A DNA stretch of 64,000 nt from an uncultured Bacteroidales bacterium (GCA_963844935.1 CAWJQH010000008.1:474904-538903); one strand, 5' to 3'; positions 8,620 to 18,119 are shown, numbered from the stretch's first letter. Notes: a model not told the origin generated them from the letters alone. Translations and numbers: made by a program.

Positions 8620-9354
8620 CTACACAACAGCGGAAGGCGTTTTCCTGCTCCTGACAGCAGTGAAAACGAGTGATATCACAATATAGGCGGCCATGATAAG
8701 CGGAGGTGAAGCGAGCCGGAATACAAGGAGCAGCAACAGGCTGATTCCTGCCAGGAGATACCTCTCTTCATTGCCTGTCCATCTGAGATGAGAGAATTTC
8801 AGGGAAAACATCCTAATGTTGGCAAGCATCATAACTGCCAGTATGACAGAAAGAACTCCGATAAACCATGATGATGTCACAAGTGTTTCACAGATGGCAC
8901 ATCTGCCGTATCCGGAGGCAATCACGAATGAGATCACCGTAAAAGCACTTCCCGGTGTGGCAAGACCTCTGAAGGAGGTGCCCTGCGTGGTGTCGTTGTT
9001 GAATTTTGCGAGACGAAGCGCCGAAGCAGCGGGGATAAGAGAGGCAAGGATGAAGGCAGGCGCCGTAGCCATCCCTGCAACTGTAAGCAGGTTCAGTACA
9101 ATGGCGCCCGGGGCAATTCCAAATGTCACCACATCAGCAAGGCTGTCAAGCTCCTTACCGATGTCGGAGTAAGACTTAAGAAGACGTGCCGCAAAACCGT
9201 CACAGAAGTCAAAGATGCCTCCTGCAATAATTAACAGCGCAGCATACTCATTATAACCCTTCGAGGCAAGGACAGCAGCTGCAAAACCGGAGAGAAGGTT
9301 GAGCAGGGTTATAAAGTTCGGTACGTGTTTTGTCATCTCTCTTTTAACAGGCAT
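8620..9354 (-). CDS. pssA: CDP-alcohol phosphatidyltransferase, probable CDP-diacylglycerol-serine O-phosphatidyltransferase
   Basis: The D-x2-D-G-x2-A-R...G-x3-D-x3-D motif is present (DFCDGFAARLLKSYSDIGKELDSLADVV). 244 aa membrane protein. Confidence 0.8.
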   Translation of the reverse strand: MPVKREMTKHVPNFITLLNLLSGFAAAVLASKGYNEYAALLIIAGGIFDFCDGFAARLLKSYSDIGKELDSLADVVTFGIAPGAIVLNLLTVAGMATAPAFILASLIPAASALRLAKFNNDTTQGTSFRGLATPGSAFTVISFVIASGYGRCAICETLVTSSWFIGVLSVILAVMMLANIRMFSLKFSHLRWTGNEERYLLAGISLLLLLVFRLASPPLIMAAYIVISLVFTAVRSRKTPSAVV

Positions 9355-9408
9355 AGCAAAATTACAATAATATAGGCAACTATTATTTGTTTATTTTTGT
9401 GCTGGATT

Positions 9409-9831
9409 ATGAGAGATCTTACCAACATCAAAATTGCGGTTGACTTCGACGGAACGATCGTTGAACATGACTATCCTGAGATCGGGAAGGAAAGGCTGTT
9501 TGCCTTTATTACGCTCAGGGAGCTGCAGAAGAGAGGGGCTCTGCTCATTCTCTGGACGATCAGAACGGGGAAAGAGCTTGACGAAGCGGTGGAATACTGC
9601 CGGGCCAACGGCATTGAATTCTACGCCGTCAACCGTAATTACCCGGAAGAGAAGTGGGCGGATAATACTCCACGCAAACTGAATGCGGATATTTTTATTG
9701 ACGATAAGAATGCCGGAGGCTTTCCGGGATGGGGCGAGATATTAAATCTGATAGATCCCTGGGCTGAGAGGGAGGAACAGGCGATGAGAGCCATAAAGAC
9801 AAGACGTTTCAGTTTGTTCGGGAAAAAATAG
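9409..9831 (+). CDS. HAD-superfamily-like small hydrolase (function unknown)
   Basis: DxDGT motif near the N-terminus (IAVDFDGTIVEH) and a later DD (IFIDDKN). ATG at 9409; the ORF-track start at 9397 is a TTG. Confidence 0.5.
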   Translation: MRDLTNIKIAVDFDGTIVEHDYPEIGKERLFAFITLRELQKRGALLILWTIRTGKELDEAVEYCRANGIEFYAVNRNYPEEKWADNTPRKLNADIFIDDKNAGGFPGWGEILNLIDPWAEREEQAMRAIKTRRFSLFGKK

Positions 9832-9840
9832 CGTGGGCTG

Positions 9841-10959
9841 ATGAAGAGAGACACAATATATTCCGTTCTTTTTATGCTGATACTGGCATCAGTTATCTCA
9901 TGCTCGGGCTCTTCGGACAATAAAAGCGGGACTGTAACAGGAAACAGCACCGCGAAGACTGATGCATTGCCGGCAAAGAGACTTATTGAAGTTCTCTCAC
10001 CTGCCGACAACGCCAGTTTCATCTGCTCTGAAAAAATAACATTCTCAGTGGCTCAGGCCAGCGGTTCCGCGAAGATCGACTCCGTTCAGCTGTGGGTTGG
10101 CGGCATAAGGAAAAGCACCATCTATGAGCTGCCGGCATCGGTAGAACTGGATCCTGCCGGAAAGCCGGGCAGGCTCGCGCTCCGGGTTGTGGCATTCTCT
10201 CCGGTTTCAAAGCCGCAGACTGTGAGTCTTTTCGTGTCACTTCTCTCAGATATTACCCCGGTTATTTACCACTACAAAGTGGTAAAGAGTTACCCGCATG
10301 ACAGGCGTGCCTATACACAGGGCCTGGTCTATGATGAGGGATTCTTTTATGAGGGCACCGGTCAGCAGGGCCAGTCATCTTTGAGAAAGGTGGAAGCCTC
10401 AACCGGCAAAGTGACAAGCCAGGTAAACCTTGACGGTTCCCTGTTTGGCGAGGGAGTGGCACTGCTCGGCGACCGTATCTACCAGCTGACATGGACAACA
10501 AAGGTTGGGTTCGTTTATGATAAGAACACACTGAACCAGATAAACAAAATCTATTACCAGACGCAGGGATGGGGGCTCACAACAATGGATAACAAGCTGG
10601 TTATGAGTGACGGTACGAATGTCATACGGTTCCTCGATGCTGAGTTCAACGTCCTCTCATCGGTGGAGGTATGGGATGACAAAGGTATTGTCGACAACCT
10701 CAATGAGCTGGAAATGATCGACGGAGAGCTCTGGGCCAACATATGGCAGACAGAGCATATTGCACGGATTGATCCGCTGTCAGGCAAGGTTCTGGGATAT
10801 GTTGAACTGACAAATATCCTTCCCAGGGAAGAGCGTTCGCAGGAGACGGATGTCCTGAACGGTATCGCCTGGGATGCTGCAAATAAGCGTCTCTTTGTCA
10901 CAGGCAAATACTGGCCCCGGCTCTTTGAGATCACTGTCACTCCCCATACCCGGAATTAA
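9841..10959 (+). CDS. glutaminyl-peptide cyclotransferase, plant/bacterial beta-propeller type, lipoprotein with extra N-terminal domain
   Basis: Lipobox LASVISC. The C-terminal ~260 aa carry QC-like motifs (YPHDRRAYTQGLVY..GFFYEGTGQQGQSSLRKVE..TGKV...ELEMIDGELWANIW...NGIAWD). Confidence 0.75.
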   Translation: MKRDTIYSVLFMLILASVISCSGSSDNKSGTVTGNSTAKTDALPAKRLIEVLSPADNASFICSEKITFSVAQASGSAKIDSVQLWVGGIRKSTIYELPASVELDPAGKPGRLALRVVAFSPVSKPQTVSLFVSLLSDITPVIYHYKVVKSYPHDRRAYTQGLVYDEGFFYEGTGQQGQSSLRKVEASTGKVTSQVNLDGSLFGEGVALLGDRIYQLTWTTKVGFVYDKNTLNQINKIYYQTQGWGLTTMDNKLVMSDGTNVIRFLDAEFNVLSSVEVWDDKGIVDNLNELEMIDGELWANIWQTEHIARIDPLSGKVLGYVELTNILPREERSQETDVLNGIAWDAANKRLFVTGKYWPRLFEITVTPHTRN

Positions 10960-11063
10960 AAGTCCTGTTTTCGTCCTGCGGATGTTGAAAAAGTGTTAAT
11001 AACCACAGGAGTTTTGTTTACAATTACAAACTTGTCACGGCTGCCCGGGATAGGCATAAATTG

Positions 11064-11071
11064 TAAATTTG
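11064..11071 (+). promoter_or_regulatory. candidate -7 promoter box TAAATTTG for the parAB operon
   Basis: Exact TAnnTTTG match, 33 nt upstream of the parA ATG. Confidence 0.4.
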
Positions 11072-11103
11072 GAGCTCATTAATTTAACGGTAAAAAGGGT
11101 TAT

Positions 11104-11883
11104 ATGGCAAGGATTATTGCACTGGCAAATCAGAAGGGAGGAGTAGGAAAGACGACTACAGCCATCAATCTGGCTGCAAGCCTGGCAGCGCTCGAAAAAA
11201 AGGTACTGATTGTTGATGCCGACCCGCAGGCAAACGCCACCTCAGGGGTGGGAATAGACTCCAAGCAGGTGAAGGTGACCATATACGACTGTCTCATTGA
11301 CGGGGTGAATTCACGGGAAGCTGTTGTCAAATGCAGCATCGACAACCTGTCTGTCATTCCTTCAAACATTGACCTGGTGGGAGCTGAGATTGAGATGCTC
11401 GAACGGCCGGAGAGAGAGAAGACCCTTAAGAAATCACTTGCGGGAATTTCCTCTGACTATGACTTTGTACTCATTGACTGTTCACCGTCGCTCGGACTTT
11501 TAACTGTGAATGCACTGACTGCAGCTGATTCTGTCATTATCCCCGTTCAGTGCGAGTATTTTGCGCTTGAAGGATTGGGTAAGCTGCTGAATACAATCAA
11601 GATTATCCAGACAAACCTCAACCCCGCGCTTGAGATCGAAGGATTTCTGCTTACGATGTATGATTCGCGCCTGAGACTGGCAAACCAGGTTGTTGAGGAA
11701 GTCACCAGGCACTTTCAGCAGATGGTCTTCAACACAATCATCCAGCGCAATGTAAAACTGTCGGAGGCTCCCAGCTATGGTCAGCCTGCCATACTCTACG
11801 ATGCAGAGTCAAGGGGTACTGTCAATTATCTCAACCTGGCGCGTGAACTCCTTGAGAGGATGGAGGCCAGGCAGAAGAACTAA
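11104..11883 (+). CDS. parA: chromosome partitioning ATPase ParA/Soj
   Basis: Deviant Walker A KGGVGKTT; 259 aa; followed by parB. Confidence 0.92.
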   Translation: MARIIALANQKGGVGKTTTAINLAASLAALEKKVLIVDADPQANATSGVGIDSKQVKVTIYDCLIDGVNSREAVVKCSIDNLSVIPSNIDLVGAEIEMLERPEREKTLKKSLAGISSDYDFVLIDCSPSLGLLTVNALTAADSVIIPVQCEYFALEGLGKLLNTIKIIQTNLNPALEIEGFLLTMYDSRLRLANQVVEEVTRHFQQMVFNTIIQRNVKLSEAPSYGQPAILYDAESRGTVNYLNLARELLERMEARQKN

Positions 11884-11900
11884 AAACTGTTATCCGTCAT

Positions 11901-12788
11901 ATGAACACAGTGAAAAAGAGCCCGCTGGGCAGGGGCCTGGGGGCCCTGATTGATGGTGTTGAAAAAGAGGTGCTCGAAAAAAAGGTCGAGGTGAACCTGC
12001 AGATAGACATCAACTCAATAGACAGCAACCCTTTTCAGCCCCGTACTCGTTTTGATGCCCAGGCACTGGAAGAGCTTGCAGCCTCAATACGTCAGCTGGG
12101 CATCGTACAGCCACTCACTGTCAGGGAGACAGGCGACGGAAGGTTTCAGCTTATTGCCGGTGAACGCAGGCTGCGTGCCGCACGCACAGCAGGACTGACT
12201 CATGTGCCTGCCTATGTGCGTACAGCTGATGACACGGCGATGCTCGAGATGGCCCTGGTGGAGAATATCCAGAGAGAAGACCTTGATGCCATGGAGGTTG
12301 CAATAACCTACCAGCGCCTGATAGAAGAGTGCAATCTCACCCAGGAGCAACTGAGCGACAGGGTTGGCAAACAGCGCTCAACTGTGGCGAATTATCTCCG
12401 CCTGCTGCGCCTCCCTGCCGAGATACAGCTTGGCATCCGCAACAGAAGCCTCACAATGGGACACGCCCGTACACTCGTTAATATTGAAGACCCCAATAAA
12501 CAGATCAATATCTTTTACCACGTCATCCAGGAAGATCTCTCTGTACGGGCTACGGAAGAACTGGTGCGGCACTTCCAGAGCCAGGCAGCAAAAGACCCTG
12601 CCAGGGAAGAAAAAAGAAAGAAACTCAACAGCGAATACGGGGAACTTGCCGGGCAGCTCAGCAAACTCTTCGCTTCAGAGGTGCAGTTCCGCATAAACGA
12701 AAAGGGCAGAGGGAAGATAGTGATACCATTTTCGGATAACGATGAAATGGAACGCATTATCGCTCTGCTCGATAAACTTAATAGGTAA
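11901..12788 (+). CDS. parB: chromosome partitioning protein ParB/Spo0J
   Basis: ParB box GERRLRAA, an HTH region (TQEQLSDRVGKQRSTVANYLRLLRL), 295 aa. Confidence 0.92.
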   Translation: MNTVKKSPLGRGLGALIDGVEKEVLEKKVEVNLQIDINSIDSNPFQPRTRFDAQALEELAASIRQLGIVQPLTVRETGDGRFQLIAGERRLRAARTAGLTHVPAYVRTADDTAMLEMALVENIQREDLDAMEVAITYQRLIEECNLTQEQLSDRVGKQRSTVANYLRLLRLPAEIQLGIRNRSLTMGHARTLVNIEDPNKQINIFYHVIQEDLSVRATEELVRHFQSQAAKDPAREEKRKKLNSEYGELAGQLSKLFASEVQFRINEKGRGKIVIPFSDNDEMERIIALLDKLNR

Positions 12789-12798
12789 TTAATTATAT

Positions 12799-13461
12799 TT
12801 GCCGGCAAACGAAAACTGTTTGCTTTTGAAGCTGTTGACAAAAATAGCGGTATTCCTTTTTTTTATGTGTGTCGTAACCTGCGGAGCCTGGTCACAGGAT
12901 TCCATTCCTGTCGTGGCTGAAAAGGCAAAAAAATACACCCTTGAGCCTATCAGGGCAACAATGTATGCAGCAGCTCTTCCGGGTATGGGACAGATCTACA
13001 ACCGTAAATACTGGAAGCTGCCGATTGTTTATGCCGGCTTCGGCGCATTGGGTTATGCCGCATCCTTCAACGGCACCAATTACAATGCCTATATCAATGC
13101 CTACCAGGATTTCACCGATCTTGTTCCCGAAACAGACAGCTACCTCGATATAGAAGGTATGAGCAATCTGAACCCTGAAGAGTATGATCCTGTTCTGCAT
13201 CCGGAAACTTACAATCCCTCCTCTGAGGCATGGGTGACAACCCAGCTGCTGAACGGAGTGGAATATTACCGCAGATACCGCGACCTGTCTTACATCGGAA
13301 TAGTGGCATGGTACCTGGTGACTATCATCGATGCCCAGGTCGATGCAAGCCTTTTTGACTATGATATCACCGATGACCTGAAGGCATTGCTGGTCCCGGT
13401 TACACTTTCTCCCTACGGCCTGGTGCCGGGGTTAACCCTTACACTTACACGAACATTTTAA
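12799..13461 (+). CDS. DUF5683-like exported/membrane protein
   Basis: Signal-like N-terminus (...FFMCVVTCGAWS/QDS). The PGMGQIYNRKYWKLPIVYAG motif is typical of the protein that follows parB in Bacteroidota. The start is uncertain: TTG at 12799 or at 12835. Confidence 0.6.
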   Translation: MPANENCLLLKLLTKIAVFLFFMCVVTCGAWSQDSIPVVAEKAKKYTLEPIRATMYAAALPGMGQIYNRKYWKLPIVYAGFGALGYAASFNGTNYNAYINAYQDFTDLVPETDSYLDIEGMSNLNPEEYDPVLHPETYNPSSEAWVTTQLLNGVEYYRRYRDLSYIGIVAWYLVTIIDAQVDASLFDYDITDDLKALLVPVTLSPYGLVPGLTLTLTRTF

Positions 13462-13466
13462 AACGA

Positions 13467-15023
13467 ATGAAAATGACCATAAAAAGGATTGTCCTCACGC
13501 TTCTTGTTGTTCTGTTCCCGTTTATGCTTCATGCAGAAAATGATACCATTATAATCAGAAATGATGATTCGACGGAAATAATTGAACGTGATCTCGACAG
13601 CCTGCTTAACAACTGGTTTATACGTATGTCTGTTGACAGAAACGATCTGCTGCAACAGGATTCAATTATCGGTGAGTTTTCCGATTCCGTGTATAAAGAC
13701 CGTATCGGCAGGATCAATTCGGTCATCATCCTTCCCTACAACAATATCATAAGAAACCATATTCATGTCTACACTGAAAAGAAAGTTGACAGGTTCAGGG
13801 TAATGCTTGGTTTGCAGGAGTATTATTTCCCTATGATAGAAGATATCTTTGATTCATACGGTCTTCCTGTGGAGCTTAAATATATGGCTGTCATAGAATC
13901 TGCGCTTAATCCCAATGCGGTAAGCAGGGTGGGGGCTACAGGGCTGTGGCAGTTCATGTACAGTACGGGCCGTATGTGCGGACTTAATATCAATTCAGTC
14001 GTTGATGAGCGCCGTGATCCGGTCAAGGCGACACATGCCGCCGCCAAATACCTGAAAGACCTTTACGGCATTTATAACGACTGGATCCTTGTCATCGCAG
14101 CATATAACTGCGGTCCCGGTAACGTAAACAAAGCCATAAGGCGGTCAGGGAACCGCAAGGACTACTGGGAGATATACTACCGGCTGCCGAGGGAGACGCG
14201 TGGGTACATACCTGCATATGTTGCTGCCACTTACGCAATGAATTACTACCGTGAACATAATATCACCCCTGTGCAGATTGATCTTCCGCTGGCAATTGAC
14301 ACAGTGATGGTCACACGGGACATACATCTCGAGCAGATCGCAGCTGTGCTTGACCTCCCCATGGAAGAGCTGAAGGCACTTAACCCGCAGTACCGCACGG
14401 GACTCGTGCCCGGCAAGACCAGGCCCAGTTCAATCACACTGCCTGTGGACAGGCTCGGAGAGTTCATCGATATGACTGACACAATAACCGGTTACAGGAA
14501 AGACCAGTATCTTACAAGGGTCAATCAGACATCGGCGTCAACACAGTCAACCTATACCGCACCGGACGTAAACGGAAAGACAAAACTGATTTATGTGGTC
14601 AAGGACGGTGACAACCTTGGATTTATTTCAGAATGGTATAATGTCGGTCTCTCTGAACTGAGGTACTGGAACAATATCTACCGCAATACAATCAGGGTAG
14701 GACAGAAGCTATCTATATATGTTGATCCTTCCAAGGCTGATTATTACAGCAAGGTCAATACAATGAGTTTTGCGGATAAGCAGAAGAGGGCAGGCAACAC
14801 TGCCGTGAGCGTTACGGCGGCATCTGAGCCTGCGAAACTGCAGGTAACTGCTTCAGCAGACGCTGACTATGAGTTCTATACTGTCAGGAACGGTGACACC
14901 ATATGGGACATTGCAAAAATGTTTGACGGTGTGTCTGCAACGGATATCCTTAAGTTGAACAACATTTCCGATGCTTCCAGGATACAGGTGGGACAGAGGC
15001 TGAGGATCAGAAAAAAAGCTTGA
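13467..15023 (+). CDS. lytic murein transglycosylase (SLT/GH23 domain) with C-terminal LysM repeats, MltD-like
   Basis: Signal peptide present. SLT catalytic region (AVIESALNPNAVSRVGATGLWQFM ... AAYNCGPGNV). Two LysM modules (YVVKDGDNLGFISEWYNV..., YTVRNGDTIWDIAKMF...). Confidence 0.85.
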   Translation: MKMTIKRIVLTLLVVLFPFMLHAENDTIIIRNDDSTEIIERDLDSLLNNWFIRMSVDRNDLLQQDSIIGEFSDSVYKDRIGRINSVIILPYNNIIRNHIHVYTEKKVDRFRVMLGLQEYYFPMIEDIFDSYGLPVELKYMAVIESALNPNAVSRVGATGLWQFMYSTGRMCGLNINSVVDERRDPVKATHAAAKYLKDLYGIYNDWILVIAAYNCGPGNVNKAIRRSGNRKDYWEIYYRLPRETRGYIPAYVAATYAMNYYREHNITPVQIDLPLAIDTVMVTRDIHLEQIAAVLDLPMEELKALNPQYRTGLVPGKTRPSSITLPVDRLGEFIDMTDTITGYRKDQYLTRVNQTSASTQSTYTAPDVNGKTKLIYVVKDGDNLGFISEWYNVGLSELRYWNNIYRNTIRVGQKLSIYVDPSKADYYSKVNTMSFADKQKRAGNTAVSVTAASEPAKLQVTASADADYEFYTVRNGDTIWDIAKMFDGVSATDILKLNNISDASRIQVGQRLRIRKKA

Positions 15024-15036
15024 TCTGATAAATGCT

Positions 15037-18000
15037 ATGCGCCCCGGCAGGATATTTCTTTTTTTGCTGGCAGTCGTTCTGACGCTTTTTATCCTGAGCC
15101 TTGCTGCCGGTAACCATAAGCTATGGGGTGATAAGTCATTGGATGAAGTACTCTCTGACACCTTACTGCAGCAGTCACATCCGGCTGACACGGCGCCGCT
15201 TGAGGCAATCCGGCCTGACACTGCCATTTCTGAAAGAGCACTGCCTGACACGGCACTGTCCCGGGCGGTCGCCCGTGACACGCTGCATGCCAGGCCATTA
15301 AAAGATTCTGTGAGTAGTGTTACGGTGGCACCTTTTTTCCCGGGTGATGCCATAAGGGATTCCCTTGCCGCCGGTAAACAGGTAAGGATATTATTCTACG
15401 GTGACTCCCAGATTGAGGGTGACAGGATGACCTCTCTCCTTCGCAGGGAGCTCAGGGAAAACCGTGGCGGAACGGGGCCGGGACTGATATCGCCTGTCAT
15501 GCCGGTGATGTACACACGTTCATACGTGGTGAAGTCATCGGCCAACTGGGTCAGATACACCCTGCTGGATTACAGGAGCGGAGTTTTTCCCCACAACAGG
15601 CTCGGACCGATGCTCGCTGTCTGCCGGTTCAAAACTCCGCAGGACACGCTGAAAGAACCTGTTTATGCCTCGGTCAGGATCACTCCTGTTCCCGGAGCCG
15701 ACGAATCAGTTTCAAAATATGAGAATCTCCGGATATTTTACGGAAACAATCCTGATACTGTTTTTGTAAGCGTAAGGTCAGGCAGCAAACTGCTTGATTT
15801 CGCAATGCTGGAGACGGGTGACGGCCCACTTGAATACAACACCCCGCTGCCCTCCCTTTCAGATGTCACAATTGAATTCACCGGGCGCAGCTCACCGGAC
15901 ATTTATGCCATCAGTCTCGAAAGCAACGGCGGTGTGATTGTTGATAATATCCCGGTGAGGGGCAGTGCCGGACTTGAGTTTGTGATGACCGACCCGGAAG
16001 GTTTTGAAGGATGTCTCTCGAAGATTCACCCTGACATGATATTTCACCAGTTCGGCCTCAATGTTGTCAGAAATGTCAGGAGCGAGTACCATTATTATGA
16101 GGAGGGCCTTTCCAAGCAGGTGGATTACCTCAGGAATGTTTCCGGGGGTGCACCGGTGGTCCTTGTGAGCCTTACCGATATGGCCCTGAGGTCAGACGAC
16201 ACAATCATACCTTACAGGAATATCCCGGCTATCAGGGATGCCCAGAAAAGAGCTGCGGCACGGAGCGGGGTGATATTCTGGGATGCCTGGGAAGCGATGG
16301 GAGGCAGGGGCTCAATAGTCAGGTGGTATAATCATACACCGCCCCTTGCTTCAAAGGATCTCACTCATCTCTCCAATGCGGGGGCAGACACAATAGCATC
16401 AAAGATCTATTCTGATCTGCTGACAGCCAATACCATGGCAGCAGGCACACTGCCTGATACACTGCTGGCCGCAGCTGATCCCGCAGTGCTTCCCGACACT
16501 GCAACTGCAGAAGCGGCTCAGGCAGATGAAGTGCTTACTGTTGAAGAACCTCAGGCTGAAAGGCGGTTCCCTGTTTTCTCATTCCTTAAATATAATCCGC
16601 AGAAGACCTTTATTTTCACTACACCGGCATTCTGGGTCTTTCTTCTTGTTGTAATGGCCGGTTTTGCCCTGATCAGGAAGAGAAGGGCGATGTGTCACAC
16701 ATGGCTCCTGCTGGTCAGTCTGTATTTTTACTATAAGGCAGGAGGACTCTTCTTTATCCTGCTCCTGTTCAGTTGCGTTTCGACCTATCTGACAGCGTTG
16801 TACACTAGCAGGGCCTCTGGCAGGCCGATGAAGAGATTCTGGCTCATCCTGAATATTATTGTTTCGCTCGGATTTCTGTCTTATTTCAAATATGCGGGAT
16901 TCTTTACCGATAGCATCAATTCCCTTCTTGGCACATCATTCAGGAGTTATGATTTCTTCTCAGCCTGGTCAAACAGGATGTTCGGCACCGCTTTCGATGT
17001 ATCAGATATTATACTGCCTATCGGGATATCATTTTTCACCTTTCAGGCCTTAAGCTACAACGTTGATGTTTACAGGGGCAAGATCGAGCCTGTTAAAAAC
17101 TTCATCGACTACTCCTTCTATCACACTTTTTTCCCGCAGCTGATTGCGGGCCCGATCGTGAGGGCGTCTGAGTTTATACCTCAGATGAAAGGTGAGTACA
17201 CAATCAGCCGCAATGAGTTCGGACACAGCCTGTTCCTGATACTGCAGGGACTGATAAAGAAAGTGATCATTTCTGATTTCATTTCCGTCGGTTTCATCGA
17301 CAGGGTTTTTGAGACACCCGCGCTGTATTCAGGCTTCGAGAACCTCATGTCGGTTTACGGGTACGGGCTCCAGATCTACTGCGATTTTTCAGGTTACACC
17401 GATATAGCCATCGGCGTTGCCATGCTGATGGGATTCAGGCTGCCGCTCAATTTCAACTCTCCGTACAAGGCATCGAATATCAGTGAATTCTGGAAACGGT
17501 GGCACATAACCCTGTCGAGATGGCTGAAAGATTATCTCTATGTTCCTCTCGGAGGGAACCGGCACGGAGCGGTGCGCACCGGAATCAACCTTATGCTGAC
17601 AATGCTGATCGGAGGTCTGTGGCACGGCGCGGCAACAAGGTTCGTTATCTGGGGCGGATTGCACGGTATAGCTCTTGTGACAGACAAGATATGGCAATGG
17701 ATTTTCCGGGGTGTAAAAAGGAAAAGCCGTCTTGCGCACCTGGCCGGGATAATTATAACCTTTAATTTTGTGAGTTTTGCCTGGATCTTTTTCCGAGCCG
17801 GGTCAATGGAAGATGCAGGCGTGATGCTTTCACAGATTTTTTCTTCCTTCAGTCCGGGCAACTACAGGGTCGTGCTCATGGCATACCTTCCTGTGCTGAT
17901 CCTTATTGCATCAGGTTATATACTCCATTTCCTTCCTGTCACTGTAAAGGAATCATACAGGGGGCTCTTCATCAGAATGCCGATGGTGATAAAGTTCCTT

Positions 18001-18078
18001 ATCGTTATAGGTGTCGCTATACTGCTCAACAAAGTAGGTACTGAAGTGCTGCAGCCCTTTATCTATTTCCGGTTCTGA
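15037..18078 (+). CDS. fusion protein: N-terminal anchor + SGNH/GDSL-type esterase/acyltransferase domain + C-terminal MBOAT (AlgI/PatA/DltB-like) membrane O-acyltransferase
   Basis: 1013 aa. All four SGNH blocks are visible: FYGDSQIEGD (block I), VRGSAG (II), FGLNV (III), DLTHLS (V). The C-terminal half is polytopic, with the MBOAT histidine motif GGLWHGA and WKRWHITLSRWLKDYLYVPLGG. Confidence 0.8.
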   Translation: MRPGRIFLFLLAVVLTLFILSLAAGNHKLWGDKSLDEVLSDTLLQQSHPADTAPLEAIRPDTAISERALPDTALSRAVARDTLHARPLKDSVSSVTVAPFFPGDAIRDSLAAGKQVRILFYGDSQIEGDRMTSLLRRELRENRGGTGPGLISPVMPVMYTRSYVVKSSANWVRYTLLDYRSGVFPHNRLGPMLAVCRFKTPQDTLKEPVYASVRITPVPGADESVSKYENLRIFYGNNPDTVFVSVRSGSKLLDFAMLETGDGPLEYNTPLPSLSDVTIEFTGRSSPDIYAISLESNGGVIVDNIPVRGSAGLEFVMTDPEGFEGCLSKIHPDMIFHQFGLNVVRNVRSEYHYYEEGLSKQVDYLRNVSGGAPVVLVSLTDMALRSDDTIIPYRNIPAIRDAQKRAAARSGVIFWDAWEAMGGRGSIVRWYNHTPPLASKDLTHLSNAGADTIASKIYSDLLTANTMAAGTLPDTLLAAADPAVLPDTATAEAAQADEVLTVEEPQAERRFPVFSFLKYNPQKTFIFTTPAFWVFLLVVMAGFALIRKRRAMCHTWLLLVSLYFYYKAGGLFFILLLFSCVSTYLTALYTSRASGRPMKRFWLILNIIVSLGFLSYFKYAGFFTDSINSLLGTSFRSYDFFSAWSNRMFGTAFDVSDIILPIGISFFTFQALSYNVDVYRGKIEPVKNFIDYSFYHTFFPQLIAGPIVRASEFIPQMKGEYTISRNEFGHSLFLILQGLIKKVIISDFISVGFIDRVFETPALYSGFENLMSVYGYGLQIYCDFSGYTDIAIGVAMLMGFRLPLNFNSPYKASNISEFWKRWHITLSRWLKDYLYVPLGGNRHGAVRTGINLMLTMLIGGLWHGAATRFVIWGGLHGIALVTDKIWQWIFRGVKRKSRLAHLAGIIITFNFVSFAWIFFRAGSMEDAGVMLSQIFSSFSPGNYRVVLMAYLPVLILIASGYILHFLPVTVKESYRGLFIRMPMVIKFLIVIGVAILLNKVGTEVLQPFIYFRF

Positions 18079-18119
18079 CGGGGACCGGGTCTCAGGTCAC
18101 ATGTCCTGCCCAAAGCCTG

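Noticed and set aside
10960-11103. Possible oriC or parS near parAB
   Set aside because: I found no cluster of TTATCCACA-like DnaA boxes and no TGTTNCACGTGNAACA parS match here. The CACGTG cores at about 2395, 28982 and 63845 have poor flanks and lie inside genes.
14853-15353. 166 aa minus-strand ORF bridging the lytic transglycosylase / MBOAT-fusion junction
   Set aside because: It is antisense to two supported genes. It overlaps the repeat-rich linker, which inflates open frames.
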